This document shows, piece by piece, positions 51,326-62,400 of a stretch of DNA of 64,000 nucleotides. The notes beneath the pieces are model-generated. The model saw nothing but the letters and a program-made list of their open reading frames with translations. It did not search any database and was not told the origin of the DNA. The DNA comes from an uncultured Verrucomicrobiae bacterium. Its GTDB lineage: Bacteria > Verrucomicrobiota > Verrucomicrobiia > Limisphaerales > CAVQOW01. The stretch's first letter is position 1. Each line of letters opens with the position of its first letter. Position numbers and translations under genes: made by a program. Where the stretch lies: contig CAVQOW010000010.1 of NCBI GenBank assembly GCA_963714605.1, positions 55,293 to 119,292 of the forward strand. Direction: 5' to 3'.

Positions 51326-53475
51326 TCAATGCGCCAAACGCGAAACCATTGCGTAAATGATCAGGATGAGCAGGATGACCCCAAGGCCGAAGAAGAAATA
51401 GCCAAAGGAGCGGGCGATGTTTTTCCAGCTCTCCCATTCGTCTTTGACGCGATGTTTGTCCAATCGGCCATCGGTCACGAGCCGGTCGTACCAACGTTTG
51501 CGGTCGTGAAGCATCTCGGTCTTCGAGATGCGACCGGAGAAGATGACCGTGTCCATCGGGAATTTTTCGATGCGGAAATGCGTGTTGAAGAAATGAATCG
51601 AGAAGATGAAGCCCGCCGCCAGCAATGCCTCGTCCGAGTGGATGATAAGCGCGATGTTGATGACCCAGCCCGGCAGAAATTTCGTGAAGAATACCGGAAA
51701 CCACATGATTAAACCCGACGTGCCTATGATGGCGACGCCCCAAAAGACGGCAAAGTAATCGAATTTTTCCCAATACGTCCAGCGGTCGAACATCGGTTTC
51801 CCGCCCTTGCCGAAAAACCATTTGTTGTGCGCAACGAAATCGCGCCAGTCCTGCCACGTCGGCATCATCGAATCCGGGCCAAACAAAACGCTCCACAAAC
51901 GTTTCAATTGCAACCTGCCGCTTGCAGGGTCGCGCAACCTGCTCTTGCCCTTCCATGCCTTGCCGATGAGCGACGCGACATGCAGACCGAAGTAAAGGAA
52001 CGTGATAATCGCGCCGAAGCGATGCAGCGTGCGCGCCGTTTCTGCGCCACCGATGACGTTGAAAAGCGCTTTGGCCCAGTCGGTGTAATAAAATTTGAGC
52101 GGCATGCCCGTGATGACCAGCAGCAGAAAGCTGGTCACAACCAGAAAATGCAGGAAACGCTCGAACGGCACGAAGCGCGTGAACCATTCGTCGTCTTCCT
52201 CAGTGCGCACCTTCGCCTCGCGGAATGTCTTCGTGTCGTGCAGATATAAATAAAACGCGCGGAACAGCCAGACGAGGGTGTGCAGTCCGAAAAACGTGAA
52301 CACACCAATCAGCAAGCCGGTCATGCCCAGAAAAACCGCGTGGAGGACCGGATAATTTTTCCCATCGAGCGGATTAGCGTGCGGCCGGTATTGCGTGAAA
52401 CCAATCGTCGCGCCCGGATGACATTGCTGGCATGTGGCCAGAATATTGGTTTTGGAAAGACGCGAACCCGGGTCTGATTGCGGCAGCACGTCGTGATAAC
52501 CGTGGCAGTCGTAACACGCGGCTACCGCCGGGGCTGCGTTCGGTTTGCCCAGCGCCATCGCCTTGCCGTGATACGTTTCGCGGTAGTGTGCCAGGCGGTC
52601 TTCGTGACATTTGCCGCACCGCTGATCGCTGATGGCCTTGAAGTTGTTGCCTTCGGGGTTCTCGATTTGGTGCGCCGTGTGACAGTCCGTGCAAACGGGC
52701 CCGCGCTTGTCGCCTTTGGCCAGAAGCTGCCCGTGGACGCTTTGATTGTAGGTTTCCTCGATGCCGACGTGGCACTTGCCGCAGGTCTTGGCGACGTTGG
52801 CGTGATTGATGGGTGAATCGCGATCCACGCCTCGTTTGATATCGTGGACACCATGGCAATCGTTGCACGACGGCGCGACAATGAGGCCCATCTTCAATAG
52901 CGCCTGCCCGTGGATGCTGTCCATGTATTGTGCCGCGGCCTCGGGATACTTCATTTCGTATTCCTTCGTTAGCCCCGGGTTGCTGTGACATTTCGCACAG
53001 GTCTGCGGCAGGTTGAGCTTGAACACCGGCGAGTTGGGATTTTTCACCGGCAAAATGTCATGCGAACCGTGGCAGTCGCAGCAATTGGCTGCGCCGGAGG
53101 CGTCCCAATGTATGACTCACACCGTGAATACTACCGGCGTAGTCCTCGGCCTCTTTCTCGTGGCAACCGACGCAATTCGGCGGCGGCAGTTTGCTTTCAT
53201 GAACGAGGTCTTTGATGCCCGTGTGACAATCCTGACACGACAGTTTGGCGTGAACCGACTTCGCAAATTGGTTCGTCGGAAAAACAGCCATTGGCACACT
53301 CTGCCCGTTGACCTTTCGCGAATTGCCCGGATCGGTATGGCAGTCGAGGCAGTCGGCGTTGGCGAATTTTTCCCCCGCGGGCTTTGGAAAATTGGCTGAA
53401 GCCAATGCACAGCAGCAAAGAGAAAATGACTTTGCACAATTTCCCCGGTGAAACGCGTGTTGTGGCCGGATTCAT
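51326..53475 (-). pseudogene. second CbcL-like multihaem c / cytochrome b fusion; frame breaks near 53060 and 53385
   Basis: signal peptide in one frame (KVIFSLLLCIGFSQFSKA), about 10 CxxCH across frames, b-type membrane domain in ORF 51326..53053. Confidence 0.6.
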
Positions 53476-53486
53476 AATCAATCCGT

Positions 53487-54968
53487 TCAGAACCCGCCCG
53501 TGTGACAATCGTTGCATGCCCCATCGACTTCATCCCCGGGATGTTTGAATTTCTGCCCGGCCGGGCTTAACAAATTGAGTTCTTCACCGCTGCCCTGCGC
53601 AAGAATGGTGTGGCAGGTGTTGCAATCGCTGGCCTTGATGCTGTGTTTGCCATCGGCGGTCATGTGCTTGCCGTCGTGACAGCGGAAACAGCCGGGCCAG
53701 TCCTTGTGCCCGATGTCGTTGGGATACTTGTCCCACGAAGCGTTCATTTCCGGGAAGAAGTTGTTTGTATAGATTTGTTGGACGGCATCAATGGCGGGTT
53801 TGATGCGCGGCTCGTCGGGATATTGTCGGGCGAGATGCGTGGCGATGCTTTGCAGCGCCTGAATTTCATTCGTGTACTTGCAGGTAAGCGTGTAAACCGC
53901 ATTCGTTTTGATCCACTTCAGATTCCGGTCAATCTTGCCCAGCGAAATCGCGAGGTCCACGGCATCGTTCGGTGATTGGTAGGTGTGCGACGGGCGATTG
54001 TGGCAGTCCATGCAATCCACCGTGCGAATCTGGCTTTCGGCGACGGTGTTGGTGAAAGTCTTCGTCCGGTATTCCGTGACGACGCCTTGTGCGTCCACAA
54101 CGCGCACCCATGGAATGGTCTGCCGCGCCTCGTCCGTGGCCACATACTGCACCTTGTTGCCGACGTTCATGTGCCAGTGAATGCCGCCCACCGGGCCGTG
54201 CGTCGGGTCGCCACCGCCGACTTTCATTGTCAGGCGGACGGAAAAAGGCGTGTTGGTTTCATCGCCGAGGAAATAGTTGTACGTCTTGTCGAGATTGCCG
54301 ACGAATTTCTTTGGCCAGTGACATTGCTCGCAAGTTTCCTGGGCGGGCCGCAGATTCTTGATCGGTGTCGGTATGGGCCGCGGATACTTGTTGAACGCCA
54401 CCGCATAAACCTGATACAAGCCGGAAATTTTGGCTTTGACGAACCATTCCGCGCCCGGGCCGATGTGACATTCCACACAAGCCACCCGCGCGTGCGGGCC
54501 GTGTTGATACGTCACAAGTTCCGGCTTCATCACTGTGTGACAGGCCTGGCCGCAAAACTGCACGGACTCGCTGTAATGATACGTGTGGTAGCTCAACACC
54601 GCTGTCACCAGCAGAAACAGCGCGCTCGCAACGAGAAAATAACCGAGCAATTTGCGGTCGCGCGGGCGGGCAAGATCAATTTGAAAAGCGGGAAGCGTCT
54701 CGGCGGCCAAGCCGGCCTTGTGCGCCTTGCGTCGGACCAGAAGGATGCCGAGCAATGTCAGCCCGCAACCGAGAAACAGGAACATCGGCGCGACGAGATA
54801 CGTGAGAATGCCGATGTACGGGTTCGAGAAATGCGCAAGCGAATCAACCAGCGAGAGAAGAATAAAGGCAAAGAGACTGCTCGCAACGAGCAGAATTCCC
54901 GACAGGCTCAGCCAGTTTCGGAAAATGCCCAGACGCGGCCCTCGTTGAGGCGCGGATTCTGTGCTCAT
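53487..54968 (-). CDS. ImcH-like membrane-anchored 7-haem c-type cytochrome (3 N-terminal TM helices)
   Basis: seven CxxCH motifs; 493 aa. Confidence 0.55.
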   Translation of the reverse strand: MSTESAPQRGPRLGIFRNWLSLSGILLVASSLFAFILLSLVDSLAHFSNPYIGILTYLVAPMFLFLGCGLTLLGILLVRRKAHKAGLAAETLPAFQIDLARPRDRKLLGYFLVASALFLLVTAVLSYHTYHYSESVQFCGQACHTVMKPELVTYQHGPHARVACVECHIGPGAEWFVKAKISGLYQVYAVAFNKYPRPIPTPIKNLRPAQETCEQCHWPKKFVGNLDKTYNYFLGDETNTPFSVRLTMKVGGGDPTHGPVGGIHWHMNVGNKVQYVATDEARQTIPWVRVVDAQGVVTEYRTKTFTNTVAESQIRTVDCMDCHNRPSHTYQSPNDAVDLAISLGKIDRNLKWIKTNAVYTLTCKYTNEIQALQSIATHLARQYPDEPRIKPAIDAVQQIYTNNFFPEMNASWDKYPNDIGHKDWPGCFRCHDGKHMTADGKHSIKASDCNTCHTILAQGSGEELNLLSPAGQKFKHPGDEVDGACNDCHTGGF

Positions 54969-55104
54969 ATCAAATTGTTTGATTCACTGTGTCCGCCTGC
55001 AATGCGACCCGCGGAAATAAAACACCCCGCTCCCGGCAGGTGAATGCGGGCACCAAACGCCTACCGCGTCAAATGACTGCAACCGCAATGGGAAACTCTT
55101 GGAC

Positions 55105-55434
55105 TTACTTCTTGAACGTCCGCATGTAAGCCACGAGACCCTTGATGTCGTCGTCGGAAAGGCCATCGGACGGCTTCATCAACGTTTTGCCGTCCTTGTC
55201 CTTCAGACCTTCCTTGATGGCTTTGAACGCGGCATCGTCTTTCAACTCAGCCTGGACTTTGGCGTCGGTGTAATCCTTGATACCGAGCTTGCTGCCCATC
55301 TTCGTGTCGCCTTTGCCGTCGGCACCGTGGCATTTGGCACAGTCCTTGGTGTAGTTTTCCTTCGCGTCTGCCGCGCTCGCGGACAAGGCCGAAGTTATGA
55401 TCATTGCGCAACCGAGTATTAACAGCTTTTTCAT
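55105..55434 (-). CDS. secreted class I monohaem cytochrome c
   Basis: signal peptide, single CAKCH, downstream Met ligand. Confidence 0.7.
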   Translation of the reverse strand: MKKLLILGCAMIITSALSASAADAKENYTKDCAKCHGADGKGDTKMGSKLGIKDYTDAKVQAELKDDAAFKAIKEGLKDKDGKTLMKPSDGLSDDDIKGLVAYMRTFKK

Positions 55435-55725
55435 ACGTGTTTCAGATTTTACTAGATACGATTTCATCTACATTTATTCGACAGATCGTTGGCTGGCATG
55501 CAGTCCGCCCTCACACTTAAAGTGTCAAACGAATCACTGCGCCTTGGCCACAATCTTATTCTCGTGACGCTGATGATGGCTGACAGTTCCAATCTTGGCA
55601 AAGGATAAACATTTATTGGCGGGCTTCGAGGCGCAACTTGACACTATCACCAGCCACATAGTGGCTCGACATGAATGGCGGTGGCGCGAAATTGCGCCCC
55701 GGCTTCCGCCGCCGGTTCATCGGGC

Positions 55726-56172
55726 TTATTTTTTCAACCGATAGAACCAGTTGCCCGTGGGTGGAGTGATGGTGACGCTCTTGGTCGTGCCGTCATCGTT
55801 GATTGTGCCGCCGTAAGCTGACCAGCCGTTGGTGTTGGACAAATCGGTGTTTTGTTGCAGCACAAAATCGGCGGAAGGTGACGGCCATGAGACGATGACG
55901 TCCTCGCCGCTGTGCGTGACGGTGAGCAACGGTGCGCCGGGCGTTTGCACGGCGGCGATGAGACTCCAGAAACCGCCGTCCAAAGAATAACTGCCACCGC
56001 TCATGGTTGCACCCGCGTCCGGCTGGCCGATAGTGCCGCTGACGGAATACACGCCACCAGTGCTTGTACAGCCACCACCGTCAATCGTGGACCAGTCAAT
56101 CGAATAGTTCTGCGCTGTGGCGCGAAGGCAGAAGGCAGAAGTAAGAATGAAGAAACAAAACCTCGCCAAGGG
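55726..56172 (-). CDS. small secreted protein ending in a conserved about 70-aa C-terminal domain shared with the giant beta-helix protein
   Basis: probable TTG start with signal peptide; C-terminus ...VSWPSPSADFVLQQNTDLSNTNGWS...TITPPTGNWFYRLKK. Confidence 0.4.
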   Translation of the reverse strand, partial: PLARFCFFILTSAFCLRATAQNYSIDWSTIDGGGCTSTGGVYSVSGTIGQPDAGATMSGGSYSLDGGFWSLIAAVQTPGAPLLTVTHSGEDVIVSWPSPSADFVLQQNTDLSNTNGWSAYGGTINDDGTTKSVTITPPTGNWFYRLKK

Positions 56173-56235
56173 CGAAAAATTCGTGCGGCAACATTTCCGG
56201 TTGTCAGCCCGCCCGTCAGCGGGCAGCTTGCGGAC

Positions 56236-56418
56236 ATGAGAAACCGCTACACGGCCGTGGTCCAGCGGGGTGGCAAATGGTTCATCGCCTTCCGCCCGGA
56301 AGTGCCGGAAGCCAACGGACAGGGCAAGACCCGAGAGGAATGTCTCGAAAGCCTGTCCACCGCAATTGAACTGGTTCTGGACTACCGGCGCGAGCATCGC
56401 CGCGCCGCTTTCCTTTGA
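56236..56418 (+). CDS. HicB-like antitoxin (60 aa), preceded by a degenerate 30-aa HicA-like ORF (56147..56239)
   Basis: MRNRYTAVVQRGGKWFIAFRPEVPEANGQGKTREECLESLSTAIELVL; upstream MKKQNLAKGEKFVRQHFRLS... Confidence 0.4.
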   Translation: MRNRYTAVVQRGGKWFIAFRPEVPEANGQGKTREECLESLSTAIELVLDYRREHRRAAFL

Positions 56419-56449
56419 CTTGCCGCTGCTTCTTCCGTATTCTACTTCC

Positions 56450-56653
56450 ATGATCGCCGTTGAAGAACGCCGCTTAAAAGGTCTGCTCAAAAGCGCTGTT
56501 GCGGAAGTCTTGGAGGAGCACCGCGACGTGCTGCGCGACGCCGTCCGCGAAAGTCTCGAGGATGTGGCCCTGATCCGCGCCATCCAACTCGGCGAAAAAA
56601 CTCCCCTCATCAGTCGCCGGAAAATCTTCCAAAGGCTCGAACGCGCGGCGTGA
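56450..56653 (+). CDS. putative antitoxin partner of the downstream RelE/ParE toxin
   Basis: 67 aa; 4-nt overlap with the toxin gene. Confidence 0.45.
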   Translation: MIAVEERRLKGLLKSAVAEVLEEHRDVLRDAVRESLEDVALIRAIQLGEKTPLISRRKIFQRLERAA

Positions 56654-56916
56654 ACACGCGCTTTCGGGAATCGTTTGACCGGGATCTGTCCGCCCTGACC
56701 GATGCCAGATTGCTGCGGCGAATCAAGCAGGTGCTTGAACAGGTGGAGGCCGCCCGCACTTTCCAGCAGATTCCCAACCTCAAGCGTCTTGACGCCAGGG
56801 GTAAATACTACCGCATCCGCGTGGGCGATTATCGAGTGGGCTTTGTCTTCGAGCATGGCGCGGTCACGTTCGTCCGCTGCCTCGACCGCAAGGAAATTTA
56901 CCGCTACTTTCCCTGA
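56650..56916 (+). CDS. RelE/ParE-family toxin
   Basis: ...GKYYRIRVGDYRVGFVFEHGAVTFVRCLDRKEIY. Confidence 0.7.
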   Translation: MNTRFRESFDRDLSALTDARLLRRIKQVLEQVEAARTFQQIPNLKRLDARGKYYRIRVGDYRVGFVFEHGAVTFVRCLDRKEIYRYFP

Positions 56917-57204
56917 ACTCCGGCGCGGTTGAAGCGGTGCCCCGCCATGCGGAGATTGGAAAACACCTTTCCCGCAAAATCTGTCGCCAACTTTCGGTGC
57001 CCGTACCTGCGGGAGCTTGACGGCGCTTTCAGAAAGCGACAAGTCTCCGCATTCCAAGACGCTGTGCACCTTCCGTCCGCCGTCTGCCAGCTTTGAGGTT
57101 CGCATTTTCATTTTGCAACTCCGCTGTTTTCTCTCACGACTGCCACAAGGCAGCCGCAAAATTGTAAAATTCATTTTTGCTTTTCATTGTGGTCAGTGCT
57201 GAAG

Positions 57205-58302
57205 CTAAAAAGCAAAGTTGGCCCACGGATTGGTGATGCTGAATGCAGGCCCGGGCGTACTAATTATCTGACCGTATGCTGTGTCACCGGCACCTGTAAC
57301 ATCAAAATCAAATCCACCGTTGCCCTTCGCGGTGTTGCGCACGATGAAGTTTCGGTGAGCGGTATTATCCACCAGAATTCCACGAAATAAATTGGTCACA
57401 ACATGGTTGCCGTCAATGCGGTTATTGTCACCTCGGGCATGGATGCCGGCGAAGGTGGCGTTGTTGGTTACGCCGTTGCCAGTGCAGGTGTTCCCAAGAA
57501 CCTGGCAGTTATTAAACACGACAATGCCATCGCCGCCGTTGTTGTTCGCCGTGCAGTCTTTTACGGTGCAGGCGTCATCTGTGAAAATGCCTGCGTAGCC
57601 ATTCCAACCATTGGCATCAACCAAACAGTCTGTGACGACGGACCTTTTTCCCACCATTATTCCGTTCTGATAGTTGGTCTGCGCTACGCAATTCTTAATC
57701 ATCACGCCGTTCCCGTTCGCCGCCAGAATGCCGTTGCCATTGTTGGTCCTCACAACGCATTCAACGACAAGACAGCCATCCTGCACTGCAATTCCGTTAT
57801 GATTTCTCTCAGCCACGCAATTTTTCACCGCGCTACCGGGGCCGATGTTTAATTCAGAGACGGCGTTGTCGGAAGCTCGCAACTGCTCGAATTGGCCGTT
57901 GCTCCAATAGACTGATTGAATGCCGTTTCGCCAGGAGCGTAAGGTGCCGTTGCGAACGCAGAGATTTCTCCCGCCGTTGGCATCCGCAGAAATGCCATCC
58001 AGCGCACCGGAGATGCCGGTCATGACGAAACCATTCAGATCCAGCGTCACATCGCTCGCGAAGATCGTAATTCCGTTTGTGCCGGCGACACCGATGAGAT
58101 TGGCGGTCAAATAATACGAGCCGGAGTTGGTGATATTGATCGGCAATGATGAAATGGGTGTGCGCGGTTGAATTTGGTCAAGCGTCTTCATAGTCGGCCC
58201 GGGCGGTCCCACTGGCGTGAGACTGCCTTGAGCCATTACCTGCATGCTGTTGCTGGCCAGCGCAATTACGCAGACCATTTGGATAAGGTGCTTCCTGTTC
58301 AT
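57205..58302 (-). CDS. secreted parallel beta-helix repeat protein (paralog A)
   Basis: signal peptide; N/G/T-rich beta-helix repeats. Confidence 0.6.
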   Translation of the reverse strand: MNRKHLIQMVCVIALASNSMQVMAQGSLTPVGPPGPTMKTLDQIQPRTPISSLPINITNSGSYYLTANLIGVAGTNGITIFASDVTLDLNGFVMTGISGALDGISADANGGRNLCVRNGTLRSWRNGIQSVYWSNGQFEQLRASDNAVSELNIGPGSAVKNCVAERNHNGIAVQDGCLVVECVVRTNNGNGILAANGNGVMIKNCVAQTNYQNGIMVGKRSVVTDCLVDANGWNGYAGIFTDDACTVKDCTANNNGGDGIVVFNNCQVLGNTCTGNGVTNNATFAGIHARGDNNRIDGNHVVTNLFRGILVDNTAHRNFIVRNTAKGNGGFDFDVTGAGDTAYGQIISTPGPAFSITNPWANFAF

Positions 58303-58337
58303 AAGGTGTCTTTCTTAAAATTAGACGTCTTAACTTT

Positions 58338-59417
58338 TCAAGGCATGTTGTATTTGTTGGCAACATTCAGGGCCGGACTCCCGGTTCCAACACAAGTATT
58401 GGCGATGGTGGCAGAAAGCCCTGTGCCACTGGAACTCTGCCCATAGCAGGAGTTGGCGACGTTGGCGGCGAGCCCGGTTCCGGTAGATGAAGCCCCGGTG
58501 CAGCCGGTTGCAATGCAGAAGGCGTTCAGTCCGATACCGCTGGAACTTTGCCCATAAGAACCAGTAGCGCTGGTCGCGAATAAACCGGTGTTTGTGGAAC
58601 TGATTCCATAGCAATTGTTGGCAACACCCGAAGATATACCCACCCCATTGACACTATAGCCACGGCAGTTGTTTGCCGTGGTGGCGTAAAGTCCATAGCT
58701 GTTGGAACTATATGCGTAGCAATTATCGGCGTTGGCAGTGTTTATACCGACATTTCTAGCACTGAAATTGGCGCAGTTTAATGCGGTGGATGAGTTGATG
58801 CCGGTATCTCCACAATTTATCACCGTTGAACCGCTTACCGATTGAGCAATAATTCCTGTGCCTCCAACCGTGTTGACGTTGCAGGACTCGACAATCGTCG
58901 AGGAAACGGTGAAAAGGTGGATTCCATTACTCAGGCATCCGGAAACAGAAACATGTGATACCCGCACGTTCGTGGGATTGCCGCCGGAATAGTAGATGCC
59001 ATAGCCGAAGCCGCTACCGCTATAGACGCCGGAATTATTGGTAACCCCGCCTGTGATAAAACCGTTAAAAATCGTGATATTTGCACGGCCACCGGCCAGC
59101 AAAATGCCCGTACCAGCGGCAGCAGGCGTGGTGGATAATATCGTGAAACCATTTAAATCCAGGCTGACATTGTTGGTGACGATGGTGATGCCATCGCCCG
59201 AACTGACGTTGATGTTGGTGATTAAATAATATGACCCGGAGTTTGTGATATTGATTGGCGCAGATGAAATGGGTGTGCGCGGTTGAATTTGGTCAAGCGT
59301 CTTCATAGTCGGCCCGGGCGGTCCCACTGGCGTGAGACTGCCTTGAGCCATTAACTGCGCGCTACTGCCGACCAGCGTAATTACGCAGACCGTTAAGCCG
59401 AGTTGTTGCTTGTTCAT
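58338..59417 (-). CDS. secreted beta-helix repeat protein (paralog B), N-terminal 55 aa nearly identical to paralog A
   Basis: 5' 135 nt about 92% identical to 58168..58302; divergent C-terminus. Confidence 0.6.
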   Translation of the reverse strand: MNKQQLGLTVCVITLVGSSAQLMAQGSLTPVGPPGPTMKTLDQIQPRTPISSAPINITNSGSYYLITNINVSSGDGITIVTNNVSLDLNGFTILSTTPAAAGTGILLAGGRANITIFNGFITGGVTNNSGVYSGSGFGYGIYYSGGNPTNVRVSHVSVSGCLSNGIHLFTVSSTIVESCNVNTVGGTGIIAQSVSGSTVINCGDTGINSSTALNCANFSARNVGINTANADNCYAYSSNSYGLYATTANNCRGYSVNGVGISSGVANNCYGISSTNTGLFATSATGSYGQSSSGIGLNAFCIATGCTGASSTGTGLAANVANSCYGQSSSGTGLSATIANTCVGTGSPALNVANKYNMP

Positions 59418-59429
59418 AAACGTCTCTTT

Positions 59430-62400
59430 CTATTTCATCAACCTAAAAAATAAATTCCCCGTGGGCGGACTGATGAGAATGCTCTTGATCGTGCCATTGT
59501 CGCCGGGCGTGTCGCCGCAAGGCGACCAGCCGTTCGGGTTGGCGAGGTTGCTGTTTTGCTGCAACACAAAACCCGTGGACTGTGACGGCCAGGAGAGAAT
59601 GACGTTCGCGCCAGATAAGACCACGCTCAACGTCGGCGGTGGCAGCGGCGCTTCATACGCGCCGATGTCCACGTGCGCGCCAATTTGCCGGGACTGACCG
59701 CGTTGGTCGAAAATTACAAAAGGAGAGGAGGTCAGCACCACATCATCGCCTGCATCAATGGCCGGACTGCCGGTTAGCAACGCCATCGTCGGCGTCGGGC
59801 CGCCGTTGTCCTGCAACGGGCCAAGCAGCGGGTTGAGCGGCGCATTGGTGCTGCCCATCAAATTGCTCGCCAGCCAGCCGCTGCTGCCGTTGGTCGCGCC
59901 GATGAGGTTGTAGCCGGCGATCAAGATCGTGCCGCTGACATCCGGGCTGCCGCCACCGCTGTTGGCGGCGATGATGGTGTTGATGAAGCCTGCCACGTTC
60001 GTGAAAGTATAAACCCCGCCGCCCAGCGTCTGACCCAGCGCACCGTCGTTGCCGTAAATGAAACCGCCATCACCATCAGCGACCACGGCACCGGCCCCGC
60101 CAAAGCCGCCCACCGCCGTGTTGCTGCTCACGGTGCAATCATACAGCGTCAGAATGCCGAGATTCTCAATCGCGCCGCCCGTGCCATCGCCGCCGTTGCC
60201 GCCGTTGGCGGGCGGATACACCGCCGCACCATCGCCGCCGAACCCGCCGTTGACGGTGTTGCCCCAGAAGGTGCAGTTCACCGTATCCACCCGGCCCGCG
60301 TTGTAAACCGCGCCGCCCGCCGCAAATCCACCGTTGCCGCCATCAAATGGATTGGAAGAAAAAATGCCATCCGCGCCCTGCGCGCCAATGGCGGCATTGG
60401 TCTGGAACGTGCAGCCGTAAAGCCACAGGTGCCCGCCGTTGTAAATCGCGCCGCCCGCCGCACCCCAGCCCGGACAAGCCGGGCAGGAAGCCGCGCCGCC
60501 GCCGGCCACATTGCCGCGCAGGATGCAATTGGTGAGATTCAAGTTTCCCAGAGTGAAAATGCCGCCGCCCTGACCGTCGCTGCCCGGTGCGCCCGCGTTC
60601 CGGCCATTGGCGATGGTCAAACCGGAAATGCCCGCCGTGACGCCGCTGGCGATGTTGAAGACCCGGTTGGAGTTGTTGCCGCTGACCATCAGGTTCGTTG
60701 CGCCGAGGCCGATGATGGTTATGTTATTGCCAATCGCTACCTCGCCGTTCGTTAAAACGATGTCTCCGTTGACAGCAAAGCTGAGCGTGTCGCCGGATTG
60801 AGATGCTGATACAAGGTCGCGCAAAGTGCCAGGCCCATGGTCGTGGAGGTCGGAAACCATGAGAAAAAGCGGCCCATATTCATAAGCCCCGATGTCCACG
60901 TGCGCGCCTTTATCACGGGGCTGTCCTCGCTGATCGGTTGTCAAACTGGTCGGGGCGTTCATCACACTGTCATCCCCGGCGTCAATTGCCACGCTGCCGG
61001 GAAGCAGGGCAAGAGTCGGCGTGGGGCCACTGTTATTTTGCAGAGGTCCCAACGATGGATTCAACGGAGTTCCAATTACCCCGTGCTGATCAGTTCCCGT
61101 CCAGCCGCTGCTTCCGTTTGTCGCGCCGATGAGATTGTGTCCCTGACTCGTAAATGTTCCGCCGACATCTGGACTCGATCCAGTATTTCCAGCGACGAGA
61201 GTATTCCAAATGGTGACGGTTCCGCCCGGAGACATGTGAATCCCTCCGCCCAGCGCCGTTCCGTTTGTTCCATTGAGAGCTTGAGTTGGCGGCCCAACTT
61301 GGGAACCACCCGTCCCTCCATTGCCGAGAGTCGTGGTGTTGTTTGCAATGGTGCAGTTGATCAAAGTGCAACTACCGGATGTCTCGATTGCTCCGCCGAG
61401 ACCGCTACCGCCATTGCCCCCTTTTCCTCCCGGACCATAACTTCCACCGGACCCGCCATTCCCACCGGCTCCGCCTTGGGCGTTATTACCGGAAAACGTG
61501 CATTTCAGGGCAGTCATCGCTCCACTGTTGTAAATTGCGCCGCCCGCCGCCGTCGAGCCGGGAGTTCCATCACCCGCCGGCGAGTAAGTTCCTGTAGCAT
61601 TGACTCCAGAAGACCCAATGCTTCCTGTCAGCGAATTCCCGCTGAAGGCGCAGCCGATCAGTCGCAGGGTGCCTGTATTCAATATCGCTCCGCCGCGTGG
61701 TCCCCAACCTTGTTCCGAGTTTCCAGTAAAGATACAGTTGGAGACGGTTAAATTGCCGCCGTTTGCGATGCCCGCGCCGCCTGTAGGAAAGCCGCTCTCA
61801 AAGCCGCTGGAGATCGTAAGACCGGAAAGGCTGCTGGTCGCTCCGAGTGATGTGACAAAAATCTGGCAGGCATTGTTGCCGCTGATTGTTAGATTGGTTG
61901 TTCCTGATCCGATGATTGCGATGTTTCGGACAATCGCCAACGGGCCGCTCACAGTGAGAGTTCCCGTCAAACCGGGAGTGAAGTTGATTGTGTCGTCAGA
62001 AGCAGCTATCGAGAGCAGATACCGTAGTGTGCCAGGTCCGTTATCGGCCAGCGATGTGACGATGAAGGTTGCTGGCGATGTGCCGAACGCAACGTCGGGA
62101 CCGTAGTTCGTCTCCGAGCCAGTGTGCCGCACAACTCTAAAGTGATACCAAAACCCTTGTGAAAGTCCCGACAGGACGGCACTGACCGGGACAGACGAGG
62201 TTCCGCTTCCTATATCTACAACGGTTGTCGTGTTGCCGCAACTCGTGGTCTGTCCCCACTCAAACCACGCTGTGCTGGATACACCGCCGGGGAGGACGCT
62301 GCCATTCAGGGTTGCGCTGGTGGCGGAGATGGCCGTCGCAGGCAGGGTGAAAACATTCGCGACGTAAAAGTTGAGAGTGAACCCTTGAACCTCGTAACCC

